Shown piece after piece: positions 1-13,572 of a stretch of DNA of 58,134 nucleotides (the first letter of the stretch is position 1; every line of letters begins with the position of its first letter). The DNA is from Welwitschia mirabilis (Eukaryota). Under the pieces are notes generated by a model. It was not told the DNA's origin. It was given only the letters and a program-made list of their open reading frames with translations, and searched no databases. The DNA lies in NCBI GenBank assembly GCA_051453625.1, contig JBOZIK010000001.1, forward strand, positions 6,058,693 to 6,116,826. The letters are read 5' to 3'. Made by a program: the position numbers and the translations under genes.

Positions 1-1299
1 ATAAATATGTCTAAATGAGAAGATGGATGATGGGTGGTTTTGAATTTTAACATTTGAAAAACTTAGTGCAAAGTTAAGTGTAGAAATGTCAAATTTGAAA
101 AGTAGAGATGTAGGAAATATTTAGACAAACATGAAAAGAGTGATGAAAATGTGCTAATTAGGATGAAGCAAATTCATAAGTGCCTAACAAATGTGCCTTT
201 AAGAAAATGATTAAGAATAGTGTTTATAACTTCAAAAGACTAAAAATAAACATCACAAAATTTGTAAGGAAACTCATCTAAGCAAGAAATTAACTCTTTA
301 TTGAAAACTAGGCAAGGAAATCATTAAATGTTAAGGTTNNNNNNNNNNNNNNNNNNNNNNNNNNNNNNNNNNNNNNNNNNNNNNNNNNNNNNNNNNNNNN
401 NNNNNNNNNNNNNNNNNNNNNNNNNNNNNNNNNNNNNNTATTCAACTAGTTGTCTAGATGATAGAGGAGATAATGCCATCTCATAATTAATTCACTTCAT
501 CTACCAAGTAGACTTTAGTCAATATCTAGTTAGCATGATCATCCATATAATCATCTAGATGATGAGGTGGACAATGGACTTTGATGAATCTTTAGTCATT
601 GCATTAGTATTAATGTTTGCACTGAGTTATCTTCAGAAATACAAAGTATTCATATTTATTCAAAATGCTGTAAATTATCATAAAGATTGCATACTTCCAT
701 CCTTTTCATCGTAGCTCTCTCTTATCATAGAAATTAAGCATTTACCTATTTATTTACCTATAAAACAACTCAAAATACCCTGTTAAATATGCATAAGTTG
801 GTAGCACAAAATAGGTTCCTACTTAGCCTTTTAGTCCTTAATAAAACTAGGTAGTAAACCATGTTTATGAGATAACTTATTAAATAATAAAACAACTAGG
901 ATACCTAAGGAAATTATTTGAAAAAGATTTGTAAGAATTTTAGAGATTGAACAAAACACCTATATAGGCTTAGCAGTTAATTATCTGGGCATTATTTGAA
1001 TGATGGAGGGGATGACAGGCTTAACAAAAAGCTTTAAAATATAGAAACTATGATAAAATTTTATTTTTTTACAAATAATCAATTCAACATAATAAACAAC
1101 CCCCCACTGAAATAAATAGTCAGGAATGAAAAATTTACCCAAGTACAAATAAACCTTCATCATAAAGATCAAAAGATAATCATGTAAAATCAGAGAAAAT
1201 GAATACACCATGTGAAAAAATGAAATGTTTATATAATATCAGAAGAGATATTTTAGTACAAAAAGTATATAATGGGAAATACAAAATACAAGGAAAAAT

Positions 1300-2560
1300 C
1301 ACTCCCCTTGTCGATGTATGATGGACTATGGCTCGACAACTGGCTTAGGAGTAGGAGAAGATGAAGGATTATGCTTAAGATCTATGGGGAGATGGAACAT
1401 CTAGAAATGTGATAATGGATCTGACTATTTCATTACCTTGAATATGAACTGACTCAGGAATATCTATAGTCACACTTTGCTAAATAGAGATAATGCATTG
1501 GTGCATGTCCACCATCTAGTTCTCCACATTTTGTACTCTCCTCTCGATGAATAGAATCCACTGTTTAACTATCTATTCAAAAGTTTAAGTCTTATGATTG
1601 AGTTCCTGGATACCTCTATCCACAAAACCTTTGATAGTCTTAGTGGTCTCAGCCAAGAAAGTATGAATCTTCTCTAGAGAAGCTCTAACTATAGGTCTCT
1701 ATACATGAGATCTCTTTGCTTCTCTTGGCACCTGTATACCCATGTCCTATAGGTAATGAGTAGATCTCTAAATGTATGAGATGCACTACTCACCCATGGG
1801 CTCTAATATCCCAAACCATCTGAAAAGAGCTAAGAGGAGACATGGATAACCAAGTATCTATAGGTGTAGTACCTCTATCATGAACCTGAGTCTCCTCCAT
1901 ATAAAAGTTAGTAAGTCTATCTGTTATCCCTAACAAAAAGCTGTTAAAATCTATAGATGCACACCATGGTGTAACTATCATGAAATGATGGACTAATGTT
2001 ATGAATCATTCCTCTGTGTAGTACTCTATAAGAAGAGATCAGCTAGGTAACATTTATCCTCTGTTGATCTATAGTTAAGTTAGCTAGTATTTCTAAAATG
2101 GTATCATATGCTCAATGCTTCTCTATCCCACCTACTAAATAAATGTGCATACTCCTAAGCCATCCAAGATCTATGATGATTGTAATGTGGGATGGAAGTA
2201 TGATTATCTTATTATCTCATATAAAGGAAACAATCATGTTATGAAGCTGACCACAAGCATTATATGCATGGTATCATAAAACTCTCATCTTTAATTCATA
2301 ATAATATCTATGTGTATCAATGATCTAATGGAGCTATAAATTTATCAATCTCTAATCTATCTTAGGCTCCATATGGTGCATAAAATCTCCAAAATGCTAT
2401 TCAACATGAATACCAGTAGTCTGTATACTTAAAGATTGACCATGGCTAGATGGAAGATGCATGGGCTCCACACATTTAATCTCTAGCTTCACCAAAGGAC
2501 TCACTTTCTACTCTATAAGCTCAACCTCAATCTTGGCCTAGCAAGCTCTATGTGTATGGG
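1300..2560 (-). pseudogene. Decayed additional (env-like) ORF region of the Athila-like element
   Basis: Relatively GC-richer, coding-like block downstream of integrase, where Athila elements carry an extra ORF. Only a short ORF fragment survives (1790-1981). The call is mostly positional. Confidence 0.4.
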
Positions 2561-4789
2561 ACCTACTTAATTGAAGAAAAAAAAATTGTCATGTGAAAAT
2601 AGATAAACAAGTTAAAATGTCATATGGATGCATAAAAATGACCCCTAAAATTGATGAAAAGATAGCAAAAATATTGAAAATATGTTCTAACCCCACCTTT
2701 CCAAAAGATTCAATGCATCCTGAGTTGCTAAACATGAGAGAAATATGGAGAAAGACATGAAAAGTGCAAAAATTAGATTTTAGTGGGCCCCACATGAAGT
2801 GAAAATTTGAAGATCTCAAATGAAAAATCTAAGCTGATAAAGTCATAGAACATATCAAACCAATCAATTTTACCTAAAGGACCACTATCTTTCTATCTAC
2901 AGTTTGTGAGAAAATGAGTGTAAAAAGTGAGAATCTAAAAATACCTCATAAAATACAAAAAAGATCATAACTTGAAAAATATATAGGAAAATTCAAATCT
3001 GTAAGTCCCAAAATAAAGAGTGCAAAATAATGAATGATATACATGAATACTATACATAAAAAGGCTAAAAATAAGAGAAAAAATAAGAAATAGGAGGAGA
3101 GAAAGATATATCTCATTTTTGCAAATATGATAAAAACTCGCAAATATGACAATGAAACTGAGTGGGACAACTTCTAGAATGCTAGTGCTAATGAGAGGGG
3201 TAATTGTTTCTAAAAGGAATAGACAGAAATGATGCGAAAATAAGAGAAAATAAGGAAAAATTATTTGATCACATCATCCAGATGACAGCCCTGGCATAAC
3301 TCTTAGAAAAAAATAGACTATCATCGACCCATGTTACCTAGACGACCAACTAAACAACAATGTATCAAAAAGATTTTCACAAAGCAAAAGCTCGATAAAA
3401 AACATCAGGTTCATATATGATCATTTAAGGGATATATCTAAAAGGAAAAATGATAAAAAACTAAAAACTCATATAGAAAACCAAGAAAACAAATGAAAAA
3501 GAACAAATACATAAGAAAGAAAAAGGTATGACTAAAGAAAACAAACTGTTTAGGTTAGGTTAAAACCAACAAATAAAACTACATAAATATGCCCAAAAAA
3601 CTTAAAACTTCATAAGCTACAAGGGAACTTATAAAGGCTTAGAAATGAGAAAATTTTTTCAAATGCTTTTTTAAAAAAGGATTTAACATGATTGAATAGC
3701 AAGAAAACTACTAAATGATTAAAATCCTATGAAAGAATTAAAAAATGTGAAAATGAATTTAAAATCCTAAACTCAAAGATTGAAGAAACAAAGAGTGAAA
3801 ATGGACATAAATAACAAGTAGAACATTGTTTACCTATATTAAGTACTAACCAAGAAAACTCCCAAGAAAAACATGATAACATCACCTTAGTAAATATGCA
3901 TGACAAAATGTATATACTTCATAAAGTTTAGTCAAAAATATAGTGGTTATAAAAATAGCCAAGGCTTCAAGTACATANNNNNNNNNNTAGAGCAATAAAT
4001 GTTAAAATCAAAAAATTAGTTAAAAATGAACTCACCTAATTTCACCTCATAAACTTACTTGTATTTTCAAAAGTAAAATGACCAAGTAAGAATACTAAAA
4101 GTCTAGGAAAAAAGTAATGCCTCTGATGATATCAAGAATATCAATGATCCTTAATCTCAAAGTCTATTTCTTTTTTTATGATTAGGGAATTGTAACCACT
4201 ATCAGAGGAATAGGGACCCATGAAGCATGGTCAACTAATTCCCCAGTGGAGTTTCCACAGCTACGAACACTGCCAAAAGTTCCTTTTGAAAATATTTACC
4301 TAGTGTGATAGAACATCATAATGACCATGTATTTTTTTTAAAGTATAATATAATAGCTTATGATTATTATTTTTTTATTTTTTTCTTTTTGAAAAATTCC
4401 CACATGATCACACACTGGAAAAAAAATGAAGGTGAAAAAGTGAGATAAAAGATATAAAAGAATACTCCCAAACAACCCAAGATCTTAACACCATTAAAAA
4501 ACACAAGAAATCAAGGCATATTCCTTCAAATAAAGTTTACATATATGAGAACGTCTCAAAATTTGGTGAATCCAATCTTACCACTTGTAAATACCCAAGT
4601 GCAAAACAAATCATAAACTTTATCACGTAATACACAAGTAAAGTTTGAAAAATGATTAGATAAAATCATAATATATAACCAAATAAGTAGTCTAATAAAG
4701 AACTTAGATAATGATAGGAAGGAATTTCTTCTCACTGAGGAAAACCTCTAAAATAAGCACTTCTATCATGTTCATAAATGCATTTAAAA

Positions 4790-5930
4790 TCCCTTATGTA
4801 ATTTTAACTGTTACCCATTAACCTTCTGAATCTTTATAGTCTCTACATCTAAAATTCCAACTAAGCTAATAAGATGTCCTTTCTTTACAAAATAAGGATT
4901 TAATCATTTAGAGATCAACTTGTTATTCAAAATATGAACTCTAGTGTTATATAATAAGATAAGTTTATCAGGTTTAAACTTTTTATGAAAATTTTTTAAT
5001 CATCTTTGAACTTTACTTGGGCTTTATGGATTAATTGATGATGAATGGTACCATTTTTTTTTCATTAAGATGATCTAATTGGGCTAATATATATTTAATG
5101 TTTTTATTAAAATCCACAAAATTAAGTTGATGATATGCATGATAAAAATTATAACATACATTAACTAGTAACACACAAACTTTATCATACATTAGTTTAT
5201 AAGATTAAAAACCAAGCGAAGTATGCCAAGTAGTATGGTTAGCCCAAAATATATTGTTAAATTTAGAAGTCAAGGAATTTTTATTAATAGAGATAAGTTT
5301 TTGTAACAGTTTTATTATTTCCCTATTGGCATTTTTAGCCTATCCATTAGTTTAAGGATGATAAGAATAAGCTACTCTATGTTCTATACCAATGGATAAA
5401 AGAAGTTTACTAAAAAGATGATTGATGAGATGAGTTTCTTGATGACTAATAATTATTTGAGGAAAGTTAAAACATTGAAAAATTTGAGTTCTAACAAAGT
5501 CACAAATGGTTCGGGAATCATTTGAAGAAGTAAGAACTACTTCAACCCATTTAGTCACATGATCTACAACCACTAAAATGTAATTTTTGTCTTTAGAAGG
5601 TGGTTTAATTAGGCCTATGAAATTAACTCTCTAATAGTCAAAAGGTTCACACTTAAGAATATGTTTGAGGGGTATTTCTTACAATCAAAAAAGGCTACCA
5701 TAACATTGACATGCATTACACCTTATGGCATAATCAAAAGAGTCCTGAAAAATACTGGGCCAATAAAATCTAGAGTGAAGAATTTTCATGGCTATTTTCT
5801 GACTGCTAAAATGCCTATCACAAATACCATCATGATAAAGATAAAAGATATTAAGTTTTTCCTATTTTGATATGCATTTTCTCATAATTTGATCCTTACA
5901 CCTACAAAAAAGATTGAGGCTATCCACTTG
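4790..5930 (-). pseudogene. Gypsy integrase remnant
   Basis: ORF 5352-5573 VVDHVTKWVEV...FPQIIISHQETHLIN...IEHRVAYSYHP matches the rve core (VDYVSKWVEA...PRAIISDxGxHF...HRVATxYHPQ). The zinc-finger C-x2-C region is near 5700-5720. Confidence 0.9.
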
Positions 5931-6099
5931 TACTTACCTATTCTATCGAGAAAAGATTTTCTTTGATTATGACTCAATACTATTTTTTTTAAAGTAACAA
6001 GATAATTGACAGTATTAGTATATCATGAATAGGGATGAGCATAAGATACAACAATTATTTATTCATCCAGAAAAAACTCACTAATAGAAAGATCATCAG

Positions 6100-7067
6100 A
6101 AGAAGAAGTAAGGCATGATAAGTGATTTACTATGTCATTGTGTTTTTCTATCTTATCTATGATGATGAGATTGAATTCTTACATTAAGAGGATCCATCTA
6201 ATTAACTTAGTACTAGAATATTTATTAGTCATTAAGTATTTATTCATTGTATGGTCTATGTAAATTTTTGTGTAAAAGCCACAAAGATAATGTGTAAGAG
6301 TATTGAGGCAAAGATTATGACTAACATTTCTCTCTTAGTAGCTGGATAATTTGCGTAAGCTTTAAATAATGTTTTACTATGGTAAGATATGAATTTGAAA
6401 TCATTTTTGTATTTTTATCCAAACACCTACAACAAAATTACTAGCATCACACATTAAATCAAAATCTTTTTCCTAGTCGGGTCCCGTTATAATAGGAGCA
6501 TAAGAGAGTTTATGTTTGGATTTATCGAAAGCAAGATGGCAAGATGTATTCCAATTAAATTTAGCTTCTTTTTTTAGTAATGAGTGTAGCAATTTATAAA
6601 CTTTAGCATAATCTTATTGAAGCGATGATAAAACCCATAATATCCAAGAAAAGATTGGAGATACTTAATATCGGTTGGAGGAGTTAAGTGTTGAATGGTA
6701 TTAACCTTTTTAGGGTCCATACTAATCCCTTTCTTAAAAATTTAATGGCCTAGAAAAATTCTACTTTTAACTAAAAATAATCTCTTTTCCCAACTTAAAT
6801 GAATGCCACACTCTATGCATCTATTAAGGACTTTTTCTACTCTTTCTAAGATTTGATTAAAAGTTTCTCCAAAGATTGAAAATTAATCCATAAAGATTTC
6901 TATTGAGTCCTATAATATGTTCAAAAAAATTCCCATCATAGCATATTGAAAAGTGCTTGGAGCATTATATAATTCAAAAGTCATTCACCTAAAAGCAAAC
7001 ACCTCAAAAGCTAAAGTAAAAGTTATTTTAGCCTAGTCTTCACTAGCTATGCAAACCTAGTTATAAT
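6100..7067 (-). pseudogene. Gypsy RT (C-terminal part) and RNase H remnant
   Basis: Minus-strand motifs: MTFELYNAPSTFQ (canonical MPFGLCNAPATFQ), IEIFMD*FSIFG (YxDD region), FDLMCDASNFVVG (RNase H start), RLIRWILL. Confidence 0.9.
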
Positions 7068-8476
7068 TGTTATATAATGTTTTGCCAATTGATATTAAAC
7101 TAATGTTTTCTGTGAATTAAATTTTATGTATCTTATGCGGAAAATATTAACCACTTATAGGTTAAATGTTGAAGCTAGGAATTTTACATTTTGGTCATTG
7201 GAAACATGTTAAGTTCACTTATTTTATTAAGGGATCGACCGAACTTTTTAAGGAGTTGACCACATATGGAGCATACTCTCATAATTGAACTAAATTTGGA
7301 GGGTTCAACTAGATTTCTGAGGGATCAGCCAGACCTATGAATGTGAGAACCAGTACTCCTGAATTGATTATCAAGGGGTTGACTGGACCCTCGAGGAATC
7401 GACTAGACCTGAGAACTATTCACTTGATATCCCTGATATGACTGTCAAGGGATCGATTAGACATTTAAGGGATCAATTGGACCTAATGTAGGAAATTAGA
7501 ATGAATATTTATCATAAAAAGTGGGTGACTGACCAGATATGTGAACGACCAGAGGAGGGGTTGACCGAACCCTAAGGGATTGATCAAACATGGAGTCATA
7601 AGAAATTAGGATGACCAAAAAGTTTACTCGGGTGACTTGTTTAAGTCACGGTACCAAGAAGGGTTGACCAGACATTTAAGGAGTTAACTAGCTAAAACAG
7701 AAATGAAATTTTATATTCATTATGTATCCGTTATGTATCCATTTTATAGCCATTTATAAGTGTTGGAAGTATGTTTTTACTTATAATAAATCTTTAAAGC
7801 CTTTTATTATAAATAGCCAAAAGACAGATCATTAAAAAGAATTTTTAACTCTTGACTGAAGGATTGAATCTTGTGATTTTTACTGTAGCATCTTGGCATT
7901 GTATTCCTGACAAAGGATGATCCATCATTTATTGCATTTGTACATTCAAGGTCAGATCTTGTACTTTATTATTATATCATCTACAAGAGAAGAGCTCCAT
8001 TACAATCATTGTACCGAAGAACGAGTGATATCAGTGCATCAGGGCATTATATTATCACTATTACACATTGTTGAAAGGTTAAGTCTTAGCCTACAAAATT
8101 TTGTTAAAAGGTTGAGACCTAGCCCACAAAAGTTTATTGAAAAGGTTGAGACTTTTCTTGCAAAAGTCCATATGTAAAGGTTACAGGCAAACCTGTAATA
8201 CTTGAAAGAGTTAACGAAGATCCAGATCAGGCTTGGTGATAAGCTAATTATCAAAAGTGGAGTAAGAGGTTTCCTGAACCACTATAAAACTTGCGTGCAT
8301 CTGATTGGTATTTTATTCTTTCTATTAGTTTTATTTTTTAAATACTTTTAGTTTTTCTTTATATACATAAGTTTGTTAGTGATTTATTTCAAACAAGTTT
8401 TTGTTATATCATAAGTTTATTTAGATAATTTTTTAAAAAACCTATTCACTCCCCCTTTAGAGTTCTCTATCCCATA
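7068..8476 (+). repeat. 5' LTR of SIRE-type element
   Basis: Starts TGTTATATAATGTTTTGCC and aligns end to end with 13573-14952. Contains TATAAATAG (7808) and the Sirevirus-like 3' motif CCTATTCACTCCCCCTTTAG. The 3' end is uncertain by about 2 nt. Confidence 0.9.
7228..7692 (+). repeat. Array of ~10-12 degenerate AAGGGGTCGACCAGAC palindrome-cored motifs in LTR U3 (mirrored at ~13712-14152)
   Basis: Recurrent AAGGG(G/A)T(C/T)GAC(C/T)(A/G)GAC units upstream of the TATA box. Sirevirus LTRs are known to carry repeated palindromic motifs there. Similar GGTCGAC cores recur at 10730-10870. Confidence 0.8.
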
Positions 8477-8478
8477 AT

Positions 8479-8490
8479 TGGTATTAGAGC
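8479..8490 (+). other. Primer binding site, tRNA-iMet
   Basis: TGGTATTAGAGC, one C-to-T change from TGGTATCAGAGC, directly after the LTR. Confidence 0.9.
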
Positions 8491-8542
8491 TAAGTTGAAT
8501 TCATCTTTATATTTTAATCGATCTAAACTTTAGAACCCGAAA

Positions 8543-10600
8543 ATGAGTAATTCCTCTAATGGTTTTTCCACTGCTTATCCACCTTTTTGGATGGATTAAG
8601 CTATACATATTGGAAAGCCAAAATGAGAATATTCCTTATGTTCCTAGATGCAGATATTGAAGAGGTTATCTATAAATATTATACTATGTTTATGTTGATA
8701 AAAATAGATGCAAAGGATAATACCACTCTAGTTTCCAAATTCCGAGATCAATGGACTCCCACTGATAAAACCAAAACCACCATAGAAGCTTATGCCTTTA
8801 ATGTAATATTTTGTGCAGTTTATATAATGAGTTTAAATGTATTGTAAATTATAATTATGCTAAGGAAGCTTGGGATCTTCTTGAGGTAGCTCATGAAGGA
8901 ACTTCCACTGTAAAGCAAGTCAAGCTATAAATGCTTATCTCTATATTTAAAGATATCCACATGGATTAGGAGGAGATATTATAGGAGTTTTTTGCTAGAC
9001 TTACAGACATTGTTAACTTCATAGCAAGTCTAGAAGAATGATTGAATGAAGCAAAAGTAGTTAGGAAAGTATTGAGATCTCTTTCAAAGACACTTGAACC
9101 TAAGGTCATAACAATCGAGAAAAGTAAGAACATTAAATCAATGGCACTAAAAGAGCTTCAAGATAATTTACAAATTCATGAACTAAAATTTACTAAAGAT
9201 AAGAATAAATATATTGCCTTAAAGTATGTATAGAAAAGATATAGGTCTAAAAAGTCAGATGAAGAATTAGATAATGATGAAGTTACTCTCTTAGCCAGAA
9301 GGTCCAAAAAATTCTTGCATAAAAGGAAAAAGGAAGGTAAGCCAAGTAGAAGTATTAAAAGAGAACATTTAAAATATAGGAATGAGCAAGATAAAGGTAA
9401 AGAAATCCAATGCTACTCTTACAAAGGATTTGAACATATCGCAAATGAGTATCCAAACATCAAAAACGATAATAGGAAATCAGAAAATTCTTTTTTTATT
9501 GCAACATGGGATAATAAGAATGAGGATGATGACAATAGTTTAGATCAAGAATCAGATAGAGATAGAAGATTATCTTTCATGGCAATTGTGCCTCCTCTTC
9601 AAAACTTACCTAGCACATCAGAGCCTGATGATTTGCACATAATTAATGAAAAATAGGATGAGATCGAACATACGTGTCATGAATTATATGAGGCATGTGA
9701 AAAGTTAATAAAAAAGATAAATGATCTGAATAAAATTGTAAAGTTCCTAATCAAAGAGAAGGAGGAAATAGAAACAAAATATAAACTACTCAAATTTGAC
9801 AACTTCTATCTCTTACCATAGGTAAAGGATTTATCTTTTTTTAATTAATAAATTTTTTGGTGGTTCTTCTAAATTAAAATAGATGCTTGTAGTTTGAAAA
9901 ATAGCTAGTAATAAATAAGGTACTACCTTCATATCCCAAAATCTACAAGATTAGAAAAGATAAGTAAATAGGCAAAGTAAGTTTACTTCTAGAGTTACTT
10001 ATCACTTTTGTGGAAAAAATGGACATTCAAAACTTCTTTACTCTATGAGAAAGTTCACGCTATTTTCAGATTTAGTGAATTCATTACCCTTTAAATTTGT
10101 TCTAAAAAGGATTGATCCACATAAGTCTAATAAGACTAAGTGTGTAAAAGCTAATGATCTTAAAAGTCTTTTAACTTAGACATCTTTCAAAAGATTAAAT
10201 GGAAGTAGCTGGTACTTAGATAATGAATGCTCAAGATACATAATGGGAGATAAATCAAATTTTTAATATTTGAGTAATATTAATAAAGGAGATTTTATCT
10301 TTAAAAATAATAGAAAATCAAGAATAAAAGATATTGAAGGCATCAAAGAAGGTAAGTTACCAAAAATTAATAATGTATTATATGTAAATCGTTTAAAGCA
10401 TAATTTGTTAAGTATTAGTTAATTGTGTGACAAAGGTACAAAGTAGTTTTTAAGAAATCAAAGTATGAAATTTTGCATGAAAAATCAAACATTGTTATCA
10501 TTATAGCAAAACGAGTAGATAATGTTTATAGGATAGATGCTCATGTAAATTTATGCAATAATCGATTTAATTATGTAAACTACAACATTGAAAAAGAAAA
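8543..10600 (+). pseudogene. Copia gag-protease remnant
   Basis: MSNSSNGFSTAYPPF.DGLSYTYWKAKM; KVVRKVLRSL...KVITIE (UBN2-type gag); decayed zinc knuckle IQCYSYKGFEHIANEYP; protease WYLDNECSRYIMGD; LKHNLLSISQLCDKG. Multiple stops. Confidence 0.9.
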
Positions 10601-11093
10601 TAATAGTTTAAATTTTATTAGAACTAAATAGTTTTTGTAAGATACTATTGTGAGACCCTTATTTTGTGACATTTTTCTGATCACAAAATTGAACTTAGGG
10701 TACCTCACCATCCTCTAGCTAATTTTAGGGTAGTCGATCAAATCCATGATTCGGTCGACAGGATATGGTCCGTCGACCAGCTTGAAATCCTGGTCATGTA
10801 GACCTATTCTTGTACTGCACACCTGCATCTCGACAGGTTGACTAGAACTTTAATTGGTCGATCGGACCTAATAGATTATAGTATGAAAATACCATCGATG
10901 GACTTAATTTCTTTGCTTAAATCACCCTATTCAATCACTTCTATAAAAGAAAGAGGAATTCACATCATTTTCATTATGTTCTAGCCTCATTTCTCTTTTC
11001 GATCTAGAGCTTTTTCTTCCAGATCTAGAGCTTCGCTTCCAAATATAGTGATTTTTTCTTGGATTTTCTTGCTTTCAAGCTCCTGTAGAAAGG

Positions 11094-12316
11094 ATGAAAT
11101 AACTGAAAGATCCCTAAGTAAAGAGTGAATAAATCTCTAACTAGAGATCCCTCTTACTTATACTAAGGGATGTCTGAAGAAGATGTTAAAAAATTCTCAG
11201 AAAACTTTGACAAGAAACCTATTTGTCAAGAGCATTCTATTATTACTTCAAAGCTTAGAGATCTTAGGCAGATGATCTAGCTCTTAAAAAAATTTGGATC
11301 TTAATTATTTTATTAATGTTTTAGGATCATCATATCCATTTCTTACCTATATGTTTTACTATAATGATTCTTATGATCATGATGCGGGTACTCTTAAAAT
11401 CCTCATTTTAGGGAAGCGATTAAGGATTACTACAAATCTTATTTTTAGTATTATTGATCTATCTAGAGGAGATTATGAAGAATTTTGACCTCTTCATAAC
11501 TCCATGGAAGATAAGCCAACAGTCACAAGAGAAATTTGTGGTAAGTCATATGCATGAAAACATACCATTTCCACTTCCTTACTTACTTCCAAATATTATT
11601 TCCTTTACTTGATCTTTACTTACAACCTTTTGCCATTGGTGGGCTATCATGATGAGGCCTCTATCTATAGGGCATATTTGATGTATTTGATAGGAACTAA
11701 GCATTCCATTGATTCCCTTGCCATCATACTAAAAAATATGGTCTCTCAGTTGGAGTATCATAGGACTAAAACTCTACCCTACTTTGTGCTAATCACCAAT
11801 CTATGTCATTATTTTTGTGTGCCTTTTTATCCTAAGGCTACTATTCATGGTAATTTTGCAGAAATTATTAATCAAGGAGATCCTTTAATAACCTTTTTCT
11901 ATGGAAGGTTCAAATCCAGTGATATAACTCAAGGTCTTCCTAAAGTGGAACAATTGATAAAAGCATAATCCAATAATCCCATAATGCAAAATATAGAAGC
12001 AACCCATGGCATCCATTGGGTGTGTGATGCTGTCCCACATGCACATCTTTTCCCCTTTTAAGAAGTCTTCAAAATCACCCTCTCTCAAGGAATCCTCTCC
12101 TGATAAGACTCTTTCAGACCTGAGACGGATTGACTCTTGTACTAGGCATATGAAAGAGGTTGTCATTGCAGTTAGCAATAACATTACTGATACTTTGATG
12201 AAATCCACTAGCTTAGCACAAATGGGAGAAGAAGAAGAGAAAGAAGATTCTGAATAAAAATCTGAAGAGGAAGAAGAAGAGGAGGAGGAATCTGATGAGA
12301 TCTTGTCATACGATTA
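11094..12316 (+). pseudogene. Env-like / additional ORF remnant of SIRE element
   Basis: ORF fragments 11294-11488, 11609-11968 (NLLP..G.H...[14 protein letters not shown]) and 12006-12257 with an acidic tail. Position and motifs resemble the extra ORF of Sireviruses. Confidence 0.6.
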
Positions 12317-13545
12317 AGTTTGTTCTCTATTATTGCTTGTATGTTCTTCTTTCCATTGTCATTAATGTCAAAAATGGGAGAACTAGTTTTTTTTTGCTTA
12401 TGCTTTTAGATGTAGTTTTCTATTGATGAGTACTTTTACTTTGAAATGCTTAGCCTAATGAAAGAAATATGACTTGTTTTTTATGCTTTCAATTTGTGTT
12501 TCAATTTTTTTAGTGTAATTCAAATATCTATATGAACTTAAATTTTTTAAGATGTTTAAGATTAAGAATACATATGATGTTTATCCTATATTTGAAATGA
12601 ACTCTAAATTATCAATGATCAAAGTGTTAAATATTATATGATCAAAATGGNNNNNNNNNNNNNNNNNNNNNNNNNNNNNNNNNNNNNNNNNNNNNNNNNN
12701 NNNNNNNNNNNNNNNNNNNNNNNNNNNNNNNNNNNNNNNNNNNNNNNNNNNNNNNNNNNNNNNNNNNNNNNNNNNNNNNNNNNNNNNNNNNNNNNNNNNN
12801 NNNNNNNNNNNNNNNNNNNNNNNNNNNNNNNNNNNNNNNNNNNNNNNNNNNNNNNNNNNNNNNNNNNNNNNNNNNNNNNNNNNNNNNNNNNNNNNNNNNN
12901 NNNNNNNNNNNNNNNNNNNNNNNNNNNNNNNNNNNNNNNNNNNNNNNNNNNNNNNNNNNNNNNNNNNNNNNNNNNNNNNNNNNNNNNNNNNNNNNNNNNN
13001 NNNNNNNNNNNNNNNNNNNNNNNNNNNNNNNNNNNNNNNNNNNNNNNNNNNNNNNNNNNNNNNNNNNNNNNNNNNNNNNNNNNNNNNNNNNNNNNNNNNN
13101 NNNNNNNNNNNNNNNNNNNNNNNNNNNNNNNNNNNNNNNNNNNNNNNNNNNNNNNNNNNNNNNNNNNNNNNNNNNNNNNNNNNNNNNNNNNNNNNNNNNN
13201 NNNNNNNNNNNNNNNNNNNNNNNNNNNNNNNNNNNNNNNNNNNNNNNNNNNNNNNNNNNNNNNNNNNNNNNNNNNNNNATGATGTTTATCCTATATTTGA
13301 AATGAACTCTAAATTATCAATGATCAAAGTGTTAAATATTATATGATCAAAATGGTACTTCTCATAAAGATTATTTTTCTCAACTTTCTAAATGTGCACC
13401 TTAAATTGTTTTTATATTAGCATAAAATAAGACTTATAAAAATGTCTTCATTTGATTTCAAAAGGCTTAATATTTTTGCAAAACTTAATAGACATTTCAT
13501 AAGGGTGATTTTTCTCAATTTTAATATTTTTACAACTAAGGAATG

Positions 13546-13572
13546 TTTGCCATCAATGTCAAAGGAGTATAT
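13546..13572 (+). other. Polypurine tract signature (second copy at ~12356-12382)
   Basis: TTTGCCATCAATGTCAAAGGAGTATAT|TG and TTGTCATTAATGTCAAAAATGGGAGAA resemble the Sirevirus TGTCATCAA..AAAAAGGGGGAGA multiple-PPT signature. Confidence 0.7.

Noticed and set aside
7228-7692. CRISPR-like repeat-spacer array
   Set aside because: Degenerate, irregularly spaced motifs duplicated in both LTRs of a plant retrotransposon; no cas genes.
12638-13282. 214-aa ORF and other X-filled ORFs (15586, 34403, 51851-52944)
   Set aside because: Created by runs of N.
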